Source: Octopus vulgaris
Taxonomy: Eukaryota
NCBI GenBank assembly: GCA_951406725.2
Contig: OX597827.1
Location: 2,356,001 to 2,420,000, forward strand
Length of the DNA: 64,000 bases
Direction: 5' to 3'
In this document: piece by piece, positions 15,719 through 28,520 of the stretch
Layout: every line of letters begins with the position of its first letter
Numbering within the stretch: position 1 is the first letter of the stretch
Notes under the pieces: generated by a model
What the model saw: only the letters and a program-made list of their open reading frames with translations
What the model was told of the DNA's origin: nothing
Database searches by the model: none
Position numbers and translations under genes: made by a program

Positions 15719-15770
15719 CATACACTCTTACACACACACACACACACATATTCTTTTACTGCTTCTTCAA

Positions 15771-16095
15771 TCAGTGAACAGGTTGCGGTTCAAAGCGAAG
15801 AAAATATTTTGGCGCAAATGAAAATTAAATTAAATTGAAGTGAAACTAAAGGTTTTTGTGTTTTCTTGAATGGCTCACAAATATCTTCCACGCTGCAATC
15901 AGGCGCAGCGTGGCTGTGTGGTAAGAAGCTTGCTTCCCAATCACATGGTAGTCGAACAAATCGACCCCAGGACTTAATCTTTGTAAGCCTATATTTATTC
16001 TATCAATCACTTTTGAAGAACCGCAAATTGCGGGGACGTAAACACACTAACATCGGTTGCCAAGCGATGGTGAGCGGACAAATGCAGACGCACAA

Positions 16096-16139
<44 letters not shown>

Positions 16140-16147
16140 GAAAGCCA

Positions 16148-16219
<72 letters not shown>

Positions 16220-16508
16220 AGCTTCTTTCAGTTTCCGTCTACCAAATCCACTCACGAGGCTTTGGTCGGCCCGAGGCTATAGTAGAAGACACTTGCCCAA
16301 GGTGCCATGCAGTGGGACTGAACTCGAAACCATGTGATTGAGAAGCAAGGTGCTTACAAAACAGTCACACGCTGCGCCTGACTGCAGCGTGGGAGATATT
16401 TGTAAGTCATTCAAGAATACGCAAATCCTTTAGTTTCACTTCAATTTAATTTAATTTTCACTCGCGTCAAAATATTTTCGTCGCTTTGAACCGCAACTCG
16501 TTCACTGA
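15771..16508. repeat. Inverted duplication (~180-bp arms) around a minus-strand SINE
   Basis: 15771-15949 mirrors 16329-16508; the outer ~130 bp also occurs at ~41448-41573. Confidence 0.85.
15951..16379 (-). mobile_element. SINE family B
   Basis: Reverse complement of 9293-9762, 3' end missing. Confidence 0.85.
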
Positions 16509-16679
16509 CAAAACTTGGCGCTGCATCTAAGAGAGAAACAATTAGTTCATGACATACATGTGTTTATGGATGCATGTGTGTGTGTATGTATGTATGTATG
16601 TATGTATGTATGTATGTATGTATGTATGTATGTATGTATGTATGTATGTATGTATGTGTGCATGAATTGTGTATATATT

Positions 16680-17120
16680 TATGTGGTTAAAGCTCATTCT
16701 GAAACTACGTGTTTTCGGGTTCAGTTTATTGGCAAGCGCCCCTCATCTGTTACAAGCCCGGACAGACCCAAAGCCTTGTGAGTGAATTTGGAAAAACAGA
16801 AACTGTGTGGAAGCTCGTCATATGATACATATGTACGTGTCTGTGAATATGTGTGTGTGTGCGTGTGTTTGTGTGTTTGTGTGTGTGTGTGTGCGCGTGT
16901 GTTTGTCTCTTTGTGTGTGCGTGTGTGTGTGTTTGTGTATTACATGCCCTCCACTGCTTGACAACCAGCATTGTTTTGTTTACGTCCCCGTAGATTAATG
17001 GTTTCGCAAAAGAGGCTGATAGAATAAGCACCACTTCTTAAGAAAACGTACGTGGTGGGATCGATTTGTTCGACTAAAACCTCTCAATGTGGTGCTCCAG
17101 CATAGCCGCAATGCAATGAA
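16680..17120 (+). mobile_element. SINE family B
   Basis: CCAAAGCCTTGTGAGTGAATTTGG..GATAGAATAAG..GTGCTCCAGCAT. Confidence 0.8.
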
Positions 17121-17175
17121 AATCACACGAAAGATAAACGATAAAACATAAAATGCATGATCATGGAAGGTACTG

Positions 17176-18045
17176 TCCTATCCAGTTTGTTTAGCGCCGA
17201 CCATGCTTTGGATATCCGAGGTTTTACACACTTTGCAGTTGAGGCTATCTCAGAACCGAAATACTTGAAATCAAAAACTTGATTGATAAGCTCTGTTCTG
17301 ACGTTGGTGATGGATGCAGAGGCAACAGCCCAGACGCTTACCAAAAACTAGAATCCAAGCTAGATAGAACTTACACCTGAATGTTAAGAGTAGAAATCAC
17401 ATGCATGGCTCAGTGGTTAGAGCCTCGGGCTCACAATCATGAAGTAGTGAGTTCGATTCCCGGACCGAGTAATGTGTTGTGTTCTTGAGCGACACACTTT
17501 ATTTTATGTTGCTCCAGTTCACTCAGCTGTAGAAATGTAATGTAACTGGTATGAGCTTTGCTTTCCCTTAGATAACATCAGCAGTGTGGAAAGTGGGGGC
17601 TGGTAAGCATAGGCGACTTCTGGTCTTCTATAAACAACCTTACCGAACTTGTGCCTCGGAAAGTAACTTTCTAGGTGCAATCCTATGGTCATTCTTGACT
17701 GAAGGGGATATTCAACTTTACCTTTACAAATTTATCTAGGAGAACTCATCCTACCAAGAAACAGCTGTGTGGAGATCTCCTTCCATTTCCACCATCATAA
17801 GGAATGGCATTTGCGTCTTGCGGGACATTGGTGGGGAGAAGAACAAAACCGATGAGTGACCTACTGATATGGATATCAAGGCATGGCTATACTCGAGCAA
17901 GTCGTCTTAACACAATGTATCTAGATCAACTCACGAGAAACACTGGATGCCTTCCTGAAGATCTCCCTCAAATAATTCTGGACCGAGACCCATGGCATGC
18001 GCAGGTTAAAAAAAAGCCTAAGCAAGCTCCTCCTGAAGATGATGA
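17176..18045. mobile_element. RTE-like LINE remnant, 3' part on +, inverted fragment on -, interrupted by a SINE
   Basis: Minus: DFKYFGSEIAS..RISKAWSALNKL. Plus: SKLDRTYT*MLRV (~17355) and SDLLIW..YLDQL..DRDPW (17835-18000), typical of RTE C-termini. Confidence 0.7.
17403..17720 (+). mobile_element. SINE family D inserted in the RTE remnant
   Basis: TGGCTCAGTGGTTAGAGC, GAGTTCGATTCC, GTTGCTCCAGTTCACTCAGCTGT. Confidence 0.8.
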
Positions 18046-19115
18046 GTAAGTCATCATGGCGATAGAATGTAAAACATGTTTTAGGAAGAAACACTTTGCG
18101 TTCCACCTTACACGAGTTCTTTGAGGCGACCGCTTAACATAGAATTAGTAAAAATAAATCCCGCACAAATCACAATTGCTATTTTCAGAAAATGATGTGT
18201 ACGTTGAATAATTTAGCCTTAGATAGGCTATGTCTGAGAACAAGCGGGGTGGTCAAGGCTGGTGCACTTATGGTCATGCATGTATAAGATAGGGATCGAT
18301 TGATCTTGGACAATCAGCAACAATAATAACAACAATAACATTTTATGTTAATCAGTCGAGGAAATACATAACTTGGTATGATTTCTTCGGAAAATAGTCT
18401 TGTTCTATGATTAATTCCTTTGCCTTAAAGTCTGATCCTCGCACAGCTGTCATCATGTTCGGCAATAATCTCTAGTCTTGTAAAAGAATGCTGTTCTTGA
18501 CAGCATCTAAATGAACACGTCCACTGTGTATTCATAGACGTTGTTAGGTATTGGCCAGTGTGTTATGCAGATGCGGTAGAAAAATGTGTAAATTTGATTG
18601 TGGTTCGAAAGATTTTTCTGTTTGATCACTTCACACAGATAGCAGGGAAGTGTGTTCAGCCGTTAACTTAAGATAGGATGTGTTCCGGATTGTTTGTTAT
18701 ATTAAATCGAATTCCGGCCAATTTTTGATAATGAACTGAAACAGTGTTGGAACGCTGCCAGTGTTTCTTGATAGCGTTTCTTTTCTCTTGGATTCTATCG
18801 ATCATCAAATTCAGCTTCATCGACATCGCCGTCGTCGTCATCGTCGTCGTCATTATCAGCAACATCGCTATCAACACTTACCACCTCCATGAAATCCCAC
18901 CACCATAACAATCATCATCATCATCATCATCATCATCAATGCCATCATCGTCGTCGTCGTCATCATCATCAACAACAAATCATCTTTACCAGCTCCATGA
19001 CTAGTGCCATCACTTCAACCACCACTACCATCACCACTTCCACCACCATCAATACTACCAATACTACCATCAACCTCATTATCATCATAAAAATCACCGT
19101 TGTCTGTCTATCTGT

Positions 19116-19185
<70 letters not shown>

Positions 19186-19265
19186 GTCTGTTGTCTGTCT
19201 GTTTATCTATTTATTTATTCATCTGTCTGTTTGTCTGTCTGTCTGTCTATCTATCTATCTACCCG

Positions 19266-19312
<47 letters not shown>

Positions 19313-19880
19313 GAGGGAGGGAAGGAGAGAGATACATACATACATACATGTATTGCATTATATATATACATCATCATCATCGAAAATAAAGACAAACAGG
19401 AAAATTCACTCCAAGGTACATTGTGTTAAAATAAAGGGTCGATCACAACTGGAATCCCTTGACCAGGGATCTATACGATCGAGACTGACCTAAAGATAAA
19501 TAATAGCAACAACAACAACAACAACAGCAACAACAAAGACACTCTGACTGATGTAGTCCTAGGTATGCTAAGTCTGAGTGAAGGATGAGCTATGCCTTGA
19601 TATGAGGTTTATCTGATCGGGGCTGGCCTTAGGATTAACAAGAACAACAAGAAGACTATCATCACAACAAGAACAACGACGACACCAGGAATCATTTCCA
19701 CCAAGATGGCGTCTTAAGTGCTGCTGCTCTATCCAGAACAGTCTCAAGAACTCACTAGACCGTTGCCTTCCACGCATGTGTATATAACAACCCCACCCCC
19801 ACTTCATCGACTCATTTCCATTCTTTTATCTCCTCCCACCTCCTCTAGTCACATATGTTGATGATATCACAATGATAATG

Positions 19881-19914
<34 letters not shown>

Positions 19915-20047
19915 GATGAACAACAACAACAACAACAACAACAACAATAATAATAAGATGAACAACAACAGCAACATTAATAATAATAATAATAATGATA
20001 ATAATAATAATAATAATAATAAGATGAACAACAACAACAACAACAAC

Positions 20048-20107
<60 letters not shown>

Positions 20108-20649
20108 CTGAGAAGAAATCACAAAGATAATGGCTGACTAGTTACCATTCTGTTACATTAGTCTCTTTGTTAGCACCAATAACACCATCAACGCTACCAC
20201 CACCACCACCACCATCATTACAGGCTGTCTCTTTGGATTATTCACCCTTGCTAACTTCTCTGGCATTAACAAAGAATTGTAACACTGAACCATATCTAAG
20301 AATATTGCTTTCATTTCGTTCTACTTTTTCATGTTTTTGTAATTTTAAAAAAAAATAGTAACAAGAATTTTTTTTTTTTTGGTATTATATTAGCTTTATT
20401 AGAGAAAGAAGGACGGTGGTGGAATATTGTCTTTTGTTTTGTTTTTATTTTGATTATTGTTTTGTTTTTCTCGCTTTATGTTTCAGATATTTCATGGTCA
20501 CGCTTCGTTTAGCAGCGAATAAAATGAAAGTCTTGCGAAAAGTTCCATGTACAATTGATTCCAGTGTAGTTCTAATGACGTATAAATCATAACCAAAAAT
20601 AAATAAAGAAGAAGAATAGGTAAAATTTTTGACAAGAGATTTCGTCGAC

Positions 20650-20724
<75 letters not shown>

Positions 20725-20810
20725 TGATGATGATGATGATGATGATCTCTTTCATTCACCACAGGGGGTATCAAATGAATAATAATAATAATCAAAACAA
20801 CAACAACAAC

Positions 20811-20841
<31 letters not shown>

Positions 20842-20949
20842 TATAATTTCAAAAGAAAAAAATGCTAATTATGAATTCAGATTTTTGTGAGATAATTATA
20901 CACTGACAGGGGTGGGCAGAACTTTTTTAAAACATACAAAAACACCAAG

Positions 20950-20986
<37 letters not shown>

Positions 20987-21045
20987 GCTGCTGCTGTTGC
21001 TGCTACTAATTCTACTACAAACACCACCACCACCATCACCACCAG

Positions 21046-21089
<44 letters not shown>

Positions 21090-21118
21090 ATATCACTACT
21101 ACAACAACTACTACTAAC

Positions 21119-21170
<52 letters not shown>

Positions 21171-21171
<1 letters not shown>

Positions 21172-21726
21172 TGCCCTGATGCAGTACCAGGCAGTGGCTC
21201 TCATGGCTTCTGATCTTAACTGACTGGAAGTGTTATCATGTACATTGTTTTGTCTTGGTATAAAAGATGGGCTACAGCAAATATTCTGCTCAATACCACA
21301 GATTTGCTTGTCAGTTGTTTGACCGTAACCAGTTGAGCATGTCCCTTAGTGGCTGACGATATGTGCATCTCTGATCACGAGCAGAAGTAGTGGGGGAGCA
21401 TCATAGCCATGTGTTGAGAGGGATTCTTTGGGGTTTGAATAATTCACCTCTGGAAACATGGGTGGTTGTTTCAACATCCTTAAACAACCCTTATTCAGGG
21501 ACCTTTTGAGCGGGATGGGCTACTCAACCTGAAGAAAATTCTAACTGGACCCCACCTGCAAGGTCATGTGCTGTTTATCTTGATATGAGATCACCATGTC
21601 GCGCACATATGGTTGTGATGCATGTGCCTGGTGTACCTTTATCAGACGGGTAGTCATGATGGGTATATTGGGCTTCGTATATTTTACCCCAGTGTCACTT
21701 TGATGGCATGCACTGCTCTCTCACTC
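21171..21726 (+). mobile_element. Retroelement 3' region inserted in (AAT)n (probably R4/Dong-like LINE 3' UTR)
   Basis: Unique 556 bp flanked on both sides by (AAT)n; last 40 bp identical to 60399-60438, which is also followed by (AAT)n. Confidence 0.55.
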
Positions 21727-21767
<41 letters not shown>

Positions 21768-22402
21768 CAACAACAATAATGTAAAATGAATTAAATGCAG
21801 GCGAATATATATGTAGAATACATTAAAAAGATATATAAGTGCACTTGTTTTGGCTTTTTTAAAGAAAAATTGCATGAATAAAATTTTTATAATAAAATAA
21901 ATTAATTTAAAATATGAAAGCGATAATATAAAATATTGGCAAAAATATATAATGAATATAGAAATAATTAAAAATACATAAAGATAGAATAATCAATATT
22001 AATTAGAAGATAAAACATTGAAAAAAATACACCAACACTGATTCAGAAAAATAGCGGTGTGTCGTTGGGGTTTTTAACCCTAGGTCAGTTTTGATCAAGT
22101 AGACCTATGATAAAAGACAATCTAGCCGTGACTTCTAAGTCTTTTTCGTTTCCTCTTCCTTTTTTTTTCTTTTCTGTTTTGGTTTACATCATTTGATAGG
22201 GTCTTCCGATTTTAAGACGATGTGGTGAGTGATTTGAGGCGCATTTGGCTGTTATTTCTGCCCAGAGTAACAACAATATAAAGATTCCCTCTTTGTTGAT
22301 ACTGTTGTTTTTGTTGTCGCTGCTACTGCTGCTACTGCTGCTGATGATTACGTATGGCCTTCAAAGCAACACAATTTTTAGAAGAACTATGAGCAAAAGC
22401 GT

Positions 22403-22706
22403 GGAGGCACATGGCCTAGTGGTTAGAGCAGCGGACTCGCGGTCGAAGGAACGCGGGTTCGAATCTCAGACCGGGCGATGTGCGTGTTTGTGAGCGAAAC
22501 ACCTAAGCTCCATGCGGCTCCGGCAGAAGGTAATGGCGAACATCTGCTGACTCTTTCGCCACAACTTTCTCTCACTCTTTCCTCCTGCGTCTTGCAGCTC
22601 ACCTGCGACGGACCGGCGTCCCGTCCAGGTGGGGAACCCATACGCCATGGAAACTGGGAAACATGCCCTAATGAGCCAGGCGTGGCCCGAGAAGGAACAA
22701 ACAACA
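22403..22706 (+). mobile_element. tRNA-derived SINE family C
   Basis: Box A TGGCCTAGTGG, box B GGTTCGAATC; 14-bp TSD ATGAGCAAAAGCGT; (CAA) tail. Confidence 0.9.
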
Positions 22707-23833
22707 ATGAGCAAAAGCGTTTCACTCGTGACCAACCATGCTTGAACTTAGTCATAGCATATCTAGGATTATATTATACAACATTTCAGTTGTTTTTTTA
22801 TTTTGTTACAAGACTACTAAATCATCAGTGAGTTGGACAAATGCTGTGCAGGAATATCTCAAATTACGTCGGTAATTGTTTCGTAGACATGCGACTTAAC
22901 TCCAAAAAGCAACGTGACTCAAAAAACAAAAGAAAAAAAATCATTAAAAAAGTTTATTAGTATATATCTCTTTAAATAAATGGTTTGTAAATATTTTCTC
23001 ATGTATTTTATTTGATTTTGCTTTTTCAGCATTAATTTTTAGGTGATTTTTAAAAGACTTTTATGCTTTTGGATAAATTCGCTCAGGCCGATCCAAAGTC
23101 GGATAAATCAACTGATGTTGAGGTTTATTTCTTATAAAAATAAAAAAAACGACTTAAAATTGAAAAAAATATAACAAGTAATGATGAAAGTTGAGATATG
23201 CCTATTCTTGTTTTTGCTCGTTGCATTCTGTGTTCAAATTCCGTTGGCGTCGTTTTTTATCCTTGTGAGGTCTCTAAAAAAATATCGGTCACATAATGAG
23301 TCAAATTTTACTTTCTTCGTTCTTTTTCCTTTCCTTCTTTGTTTCTTCTTTTTCCTTCTCCCTACCCCTCTCTCTTTATCTCTCTTTCTCTGTCGCACTC
23401 TCACATATGTAGCTACAATGCACTACGAATATGCTGTGGCGTATTGTTCTTGTTATCGCTTGTGTTCAAGAAACGGGGAAGGGTTAAGAGGAGTTTTAAC
23501 AACTCTTTGAATTTTGCATATTACAAAAACCGTCCAGAGACACAAGAAACGATGAGCGTGAATAGACAAATGTGCTGTATGGTTCGAACCATTTTTATTC
23601 AGGATGTGATTTGAGTAAAATTTAGCTGCTATTTCTTAAACTTTGAGCTACCACGTGCATTGCGCTTTTATTGATCGTCAAGAGATTTACAGTTTTATTA
23701 ACATTGCGATAAGACTGCGGCTAGTAGAAGCGAGGCATGATTGATCAATAGCCATTCTGTTTCATAACTGTTATTTTTTGTATTGACCACGAAAAAGCAA
23801 CGATTAAAGTTGACTGCAACGATAGCAGTTTAA

Positions 23834-24043
23834 ACCATTTGCATTTAAACAAGCAGTATACGGCCCAAATATCCAACCTTGTTTTAAAATCAAACTGGCT
23901 AGATTCAGCCTCTCACACCTACCTTTCAATGTCATTTTAAAAATAAACAACATTATCAAAAGCTCGAAGCTATTACAATAACGTATGATTAATTTAAAAC
24001 AATATGAATAGATGAGCATTACAGTAAATAGAAAGCTAAAGAG
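23834..24043. mobile_element. piggyBac-like MITE
   Basis: TTAA on both sides; degenerate inverted ends ACCATTTGCATTT / AAAGCTAAAGAG. Confidence 0.5.
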
Positions 24044-24349
24044 TTAAACCTAAAGAGGTCTACCTTAATACCATAACGTATGTTATAGGACAATAATTGA
24101 CAAAATCTGTTATTCATTGTTCTGTAACACTGATAGTGAATCTATGAGGAGCGTGTCAGCTGCAATACAACAGTTTTAAGATGGCGCCCAGTGGATATTG
24201 TAAAATGTATTTTCCTTGTCATATGATGTTATAAAAGTCTTTTATACCTAAAACTAGCGCATTTACTTTGTATCACAGGAGAGTCCTTATGCCTATAATA
24301 AACAAGCACACTGGCTCTATTTCACATTTTAGTAGTCAATCGGTTAACC

Positions 24350-24579
24350 TATTTCTTTATTACACACAAGGGGCTAAACACAGAGGGGACAAACAAGGAC
24401 AGACATAGGTATTAAGTCGATTACATTGACCCCAGTGCGTAACTGGTACTTAATTTATCGACCCCGAAAGGATGAAAGGCAAAGTCGACCTCGGCGGAAT
24501 TTGAACTCACAACGTAACGTAGACGAAATACCGCTAAGTACTTCGCCCGACGTGCTAACGTTTCTGCCAGCTCGCCGCC
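24350..24579 (-). mobile_element. tRNA-derived SINE family A
   Basis: Head GGCGGCGAGCTGGCAGAAACGTTAG, box B GAGTTCAAATTCC, core GCCTTTCATCCTTTCGGGGTCGAT; 15-bp TSD GTCAATCGGTTAACC. Confidence 0.9.
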
Positions 24580-24594
24580 GTCAATCGGTTAACC

Positions 24595-24920
24595 ATTTAA
24601 CTGGTACTCCATCGGTCACGACGATAAGTGATGTAGTTGATCCTATGAACGGACAGCCTACTCGTGAAGTTAACATGCAAGTGGCTGATCACTCCACAGA
24701 CACGCATACCCTTAGCGTAATTCGCAGGGAGATTCAGCGTGACACAGAATGCGATAAGGTTAGCCCTTTGAATTACTGGTACTACTCGTTTTTGCTAGTG
24801 GAGTGGACTGGAACAGCTTGAAATAAAGTGTCGTGTTCAAGGACGCAACACACCGCCGGGAATCGAACTCTCGACTTGACGATCCTGACCTGAATACGTG
24901 AACAACAAAGTCACGCGCCA
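24595..24920 (-). mobile_element. SINE family D-like
   Basis: AAGTGTCGTGTTCAAGGACGCAACAC..GGGAATCGAACTC on +. Confidence 0.65.
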
Positions 24921-25580
24921 TTTAACCGATTTAAAGAATTAGCTAATCGATTCTTCGAGTAATCGTTCGATCAATCAACCAATCAACGAGATTTATCAAA
25001 GACGTTTCGCCGTCATTCGCCACCTCAGTTACATGTCCCTTTTAGTCCAGACCTGCTGACAAAGACAAACAGACCAGGATACTGGAAGAAGAAACAACTT
25101 AGTGTAATGATAACAGAGTCTTTAAAATCTTATGGGTATTTGTTCCGGCTATAAGGGATGTGAGTTCGAATCCTATCAAGGTCAAGTTTCCATTTTATCC
25201 TTCTGGTTTCCATATCTAAGTATTTATCAAGCACTGAGGTTGTATCTACCCGATCTCTCTTTGCCCGTCACTCACTCTCTCTTTGTCTCTAGCTCTCCTC
25301 TTCATTTACCTCTATTGCTTTCTTTCTCATCCCCACTCTCACAGCCGTTCTCACTCTCTCTTTTGTTTGTCTCTTTCTTTCTCAATCCGTCCTTCTCCCT
25401 CTCTCTCTCTCTCTCTCTCACTCATTCACTCTTCCTTTCTCTCTCTTTCTCGCTCCCTCTTTCTATCGTTCACTTTCTATCATTCTCTTTTTCTCTCTCT
25501 CTCTCTCTCTATCTCGTTTTTTCCATCTCCCTTGTTTCTCTCACGCCCTCTTTTCCTCCCTCTTTCACTTCTTTAACTGT

Positions 25581-25739
25581 CTACACTGGGCTTCGAGATG
25601 CGTCCGGCAGTGGGGGGCGGGGGACACACGGAGCGTAACAGGCCGGAACTAAATATCTACCAATGATTCTTAGCAAAGCCGCAACATGAGAAACTGTGTG
25701 GGTGTATGTGTGTGTTCGATCGCGCGCGTGTGCGGGCAC
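25581..25739 (-). other. Candidate downstream exon or CpG-rich island
   Basis: TTTTATCATCTTCCGCACTTCAG|GTG, then 52 open phase-0 codons to TAG; locally GC/CpG rich; no recognisable motif. Confidence 0.2.
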
Positions 25740-25783
25740 CTGAAGTGCGGAAGATGATAAAATGAATTATATAGACCTCAGCT

Positions 25784-25814
<31 letters not shown>

Positions 25815-25949
25815 GAGGAGGAGGAGGAGGAGGAGGAAGAGGAGAAGGAGAAGTGGCAGTGGTGGTGGTGGTGGTGGTGGTTGTAATACTAGTAATAATC
25901 AAAATAATGATCATAATAATAATAATGCTGGTTTTTAAAAAATAATAAC

Positions 25950-26060
<111 letters not shown>

Positions 26061-26281
26061 TATTATTATTTCAAGAATAGCAACGACGACGATGACGGCG
26101 AAAACGACGATGGTGATGATGAAGATGATGATGATAATAATAATAAAATAATAATAATAATGATGATGATGATGATGATAAAAAATATTAATATAAAGCA
26201 AAAATTGAAACACTACATATATATACTTCTATATATGTGTGTATGTGTGTATGCATGTTCGTATGTATGTATATATGTATG

Positions 26282-26315
<34 letters not shown>

Positions 26316-26533
26316 TGTATGTATGTATGTATGTATGTATGTATGTATGTATGTATGTATGCAGGAATGTATGTATGATACATTTATACCACTAAATAAG
26401 CCACATAACTAAAAGTTAATATAATAAAAATATGAAGTAAAATATAATGCCAGAAATATAATGAAATATAATACCATAAATGCGATAGATATTTAAATTA
26501 GAGCGAAAAAAAGAAGCAGGAAAGAAGAAAGAG

Positions 26534-26580
<47 letters not shown>

Positions 26581-26647
26581 AGGAAAGAAAGAAACATTTC
26601 AAAGACTTGAAAGTAAGCAACAACATTGTAAAAACAAAAATACATAT

Positions 26648-26895
26648 TCTTTTATCCTTTTACTTGTTTCAGGTATTTGACTGCGGCCATCCTGGAGCAC
26701 GGCCTTTAAGTCGAACAAATCGATCCTGGGACTCTTTTTTCTTTTTTTTTGCTTAGTACTCATTCTATCGACCTCTTTTACCGAACCACTTATTCTTTGT
26801 AAGCCTAGTACTTATTCGATCGGTCTATTTTGCCGAACCGCTAAGTTACAGGGAAATAAACACACCAGCATCGGTTGTCAAGCGATGTTGGTGTG
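26648..26895 (-). mobile_element. SINE family B 3' half, cut at the MITE starting 26896
   Basis: CTGCGGCCATCCTGGAGCAC..GCCGAACCGCTAAGTTAC..GGTTGTCAAGCGATG. Confidence 0.8.
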
Positions 26896-27306
26896 GGATC
26901 TTTTCGGTTTGAACGGCACTTTTTCTAGCGGTATCATATGAAATTGTCACCCATAATTATGACCCTAGTATCGATCTATTGCATTTCAATCTGTTTTAGG
27001 GTTAGGGGTGGGGGAAGGGTATCTTTTTTTCTTCACAAATGTAAATAAACCCAATCTGTTTCTTAAACAAGGGACATATTCATACAGCACAGAATGTTTT
27101 TTTTACCTCAATAGACGGCATTGACTGGTTGAAATTGCAGAAATTGAAGAAAACAAACAACAAATATCTTACAAACTATAGAATTTTCTCAATAAAGCCA
27201 AGAGAAAAAGATGTTTTATAAACACATTCTACCGGTATACGAAGTTTAAAATTTTTTAGTTACCTAGAAATTATGTTAAAAACTGCCGTTCAAACCGAAA
27301 AGATCC
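26896..27306. mobile_element. TIR non-autonomous DNA transposon (MITE) abutting a truncated SINE
   Basis: 28-bp TIRs GGATCTTTTCGGTTTGAACGGCA(C/G)TTTT, 1 mismatch; internal TTAGGGTTAGGGG; no TSD seen. Confidence 0.8.
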
Positions 27307-27335
27307 GAATTGACTTCACACGCAAATACATAACG

Positions 27336-28520
27336 TTAGACTCCATTTAGTTATTACTCATTGAATTATAGAGTACGGTCTGACGACTGTAATCCGAGCA
27401 CAGATAAGCTGAAACCACATTTAATTATTACATATTGAATTATGGAATACGGTCTGAGGACCAAAATCACAATACAGATGACCTTAGACCACATTTAGTT
27501 ATGTACAGAATTATAGACCAGTGTCTAATTTGTATCATCAGAACATATATAATCTTAGGTCACAGTTATTACAGAATTACAGACCACGTTCTAATGACTA
27601 TATATACATAACACAACACATAAACTTAGACAACATTTAATTATTGCACACTCAGTTATAGACCATGGTCTAACGAGTATCATCACAGCACGCATAATCT
27701 CAGACTACAACTCCTTATTACACACTGAATTATGGACAATGGTCTAATTACCATAAGCACAACACGCATAAACTTAGACCACATTTAATTGTTATACATA
27801 GAATTATAGACCATGGTCTGGTGAGCATAACCTCAGCACAAATAATTTTAAGCCGCATTTAGTTGTTTCACGGTGAATTATAGATTAATCTTAGACCACA
27901 GTTACTTCTTACACACTGAATTATAGGTCATGGTCTAATGACCGTCATCAGAACACATATAATCTTAGACCACATATATTTATTTACACACTGAATTGTA
28001 GACCACAGGTTTTACTTTAGCGCACAGTCTATCACAATAAATGTACACTATGTTGTGAAATTACCTGATCTGAATTAGAGTTAGGATCAGGGTTTAGGGG
28101 TAGAGTTAGGATTAGGGTTAGGGTTGGGGTTACGGATATGGTTAAGATTTTAGGCTTAGAGTTGTGGTTAAGTTTAGGATTTACACCATTCGCTAAAGTG
28201 GTAGCAACCACGGTCTAATGACTATAACCACAACACAAATATTTTTAGACCACAATTATTCATTGCATACTGAATTATAACCCATGGTCTAATAATCATA
28301 ATCACAACACTCTTAGTTTTAGACAACAATTAGCTATTACACATTGAATTATAGACCATGGTCTAATGTTCATAATCATAACACACTTAAATTTAGACAA
28401 CATTTAGCTATTATACATTCAATCATAGACAACGGTCTAATGAGCATTATCGCAACATACAAAACCTTAAAATACAATTATTAGTTAAACATTGAATTAT
28501 AGCCCATGGTCTAATGACCA
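27336..28520. repeat. Diverged ~74-bp minisatellite, ~14 units, interrupted at 28007-28206
   Basis: TTAGACCACATTTA..TGAATTATAGACCATGGTCTAAT recurs at ~27336, 27410, 27484, 27555, 27626, 27700, 27774, 27848, 27965, 28245, 28319, 28393, 28467. Confidence 0.9.
28007..28206. mobile_element. 200-bp insertion with degenerate TTAGGG repeats
   Basis: ACCAC duplicated at 28002-28006 and 28207-28211; subterminal inverted ACTTTAGCG/CGCTAAAGT; TTAGGG-like run 28077-28181. Confidence 0.6.

Noticed and set aside
19698-19714. CTCF/YY1-like CCACCAAGATGGCG
   Set aside because: Spacing does not fit CTCF, and a lone short YY1 match without other support could be chance
22403-22480. tRNA gene (also other box A/B heads)
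   Set aside because: No acceptor stem or proper cloverleaf; continues into a SINE body with tail and TSD
28077-28181. True telomere or chromosome fusion site
   Set aside because: Short, highly degenerate, single orientation and inside a small insertion
27336-28520. CRISPR-like array with palindromic repeats
   Set aside because: Whole units are homologous (no unique spacers), no cas genes, animal genome
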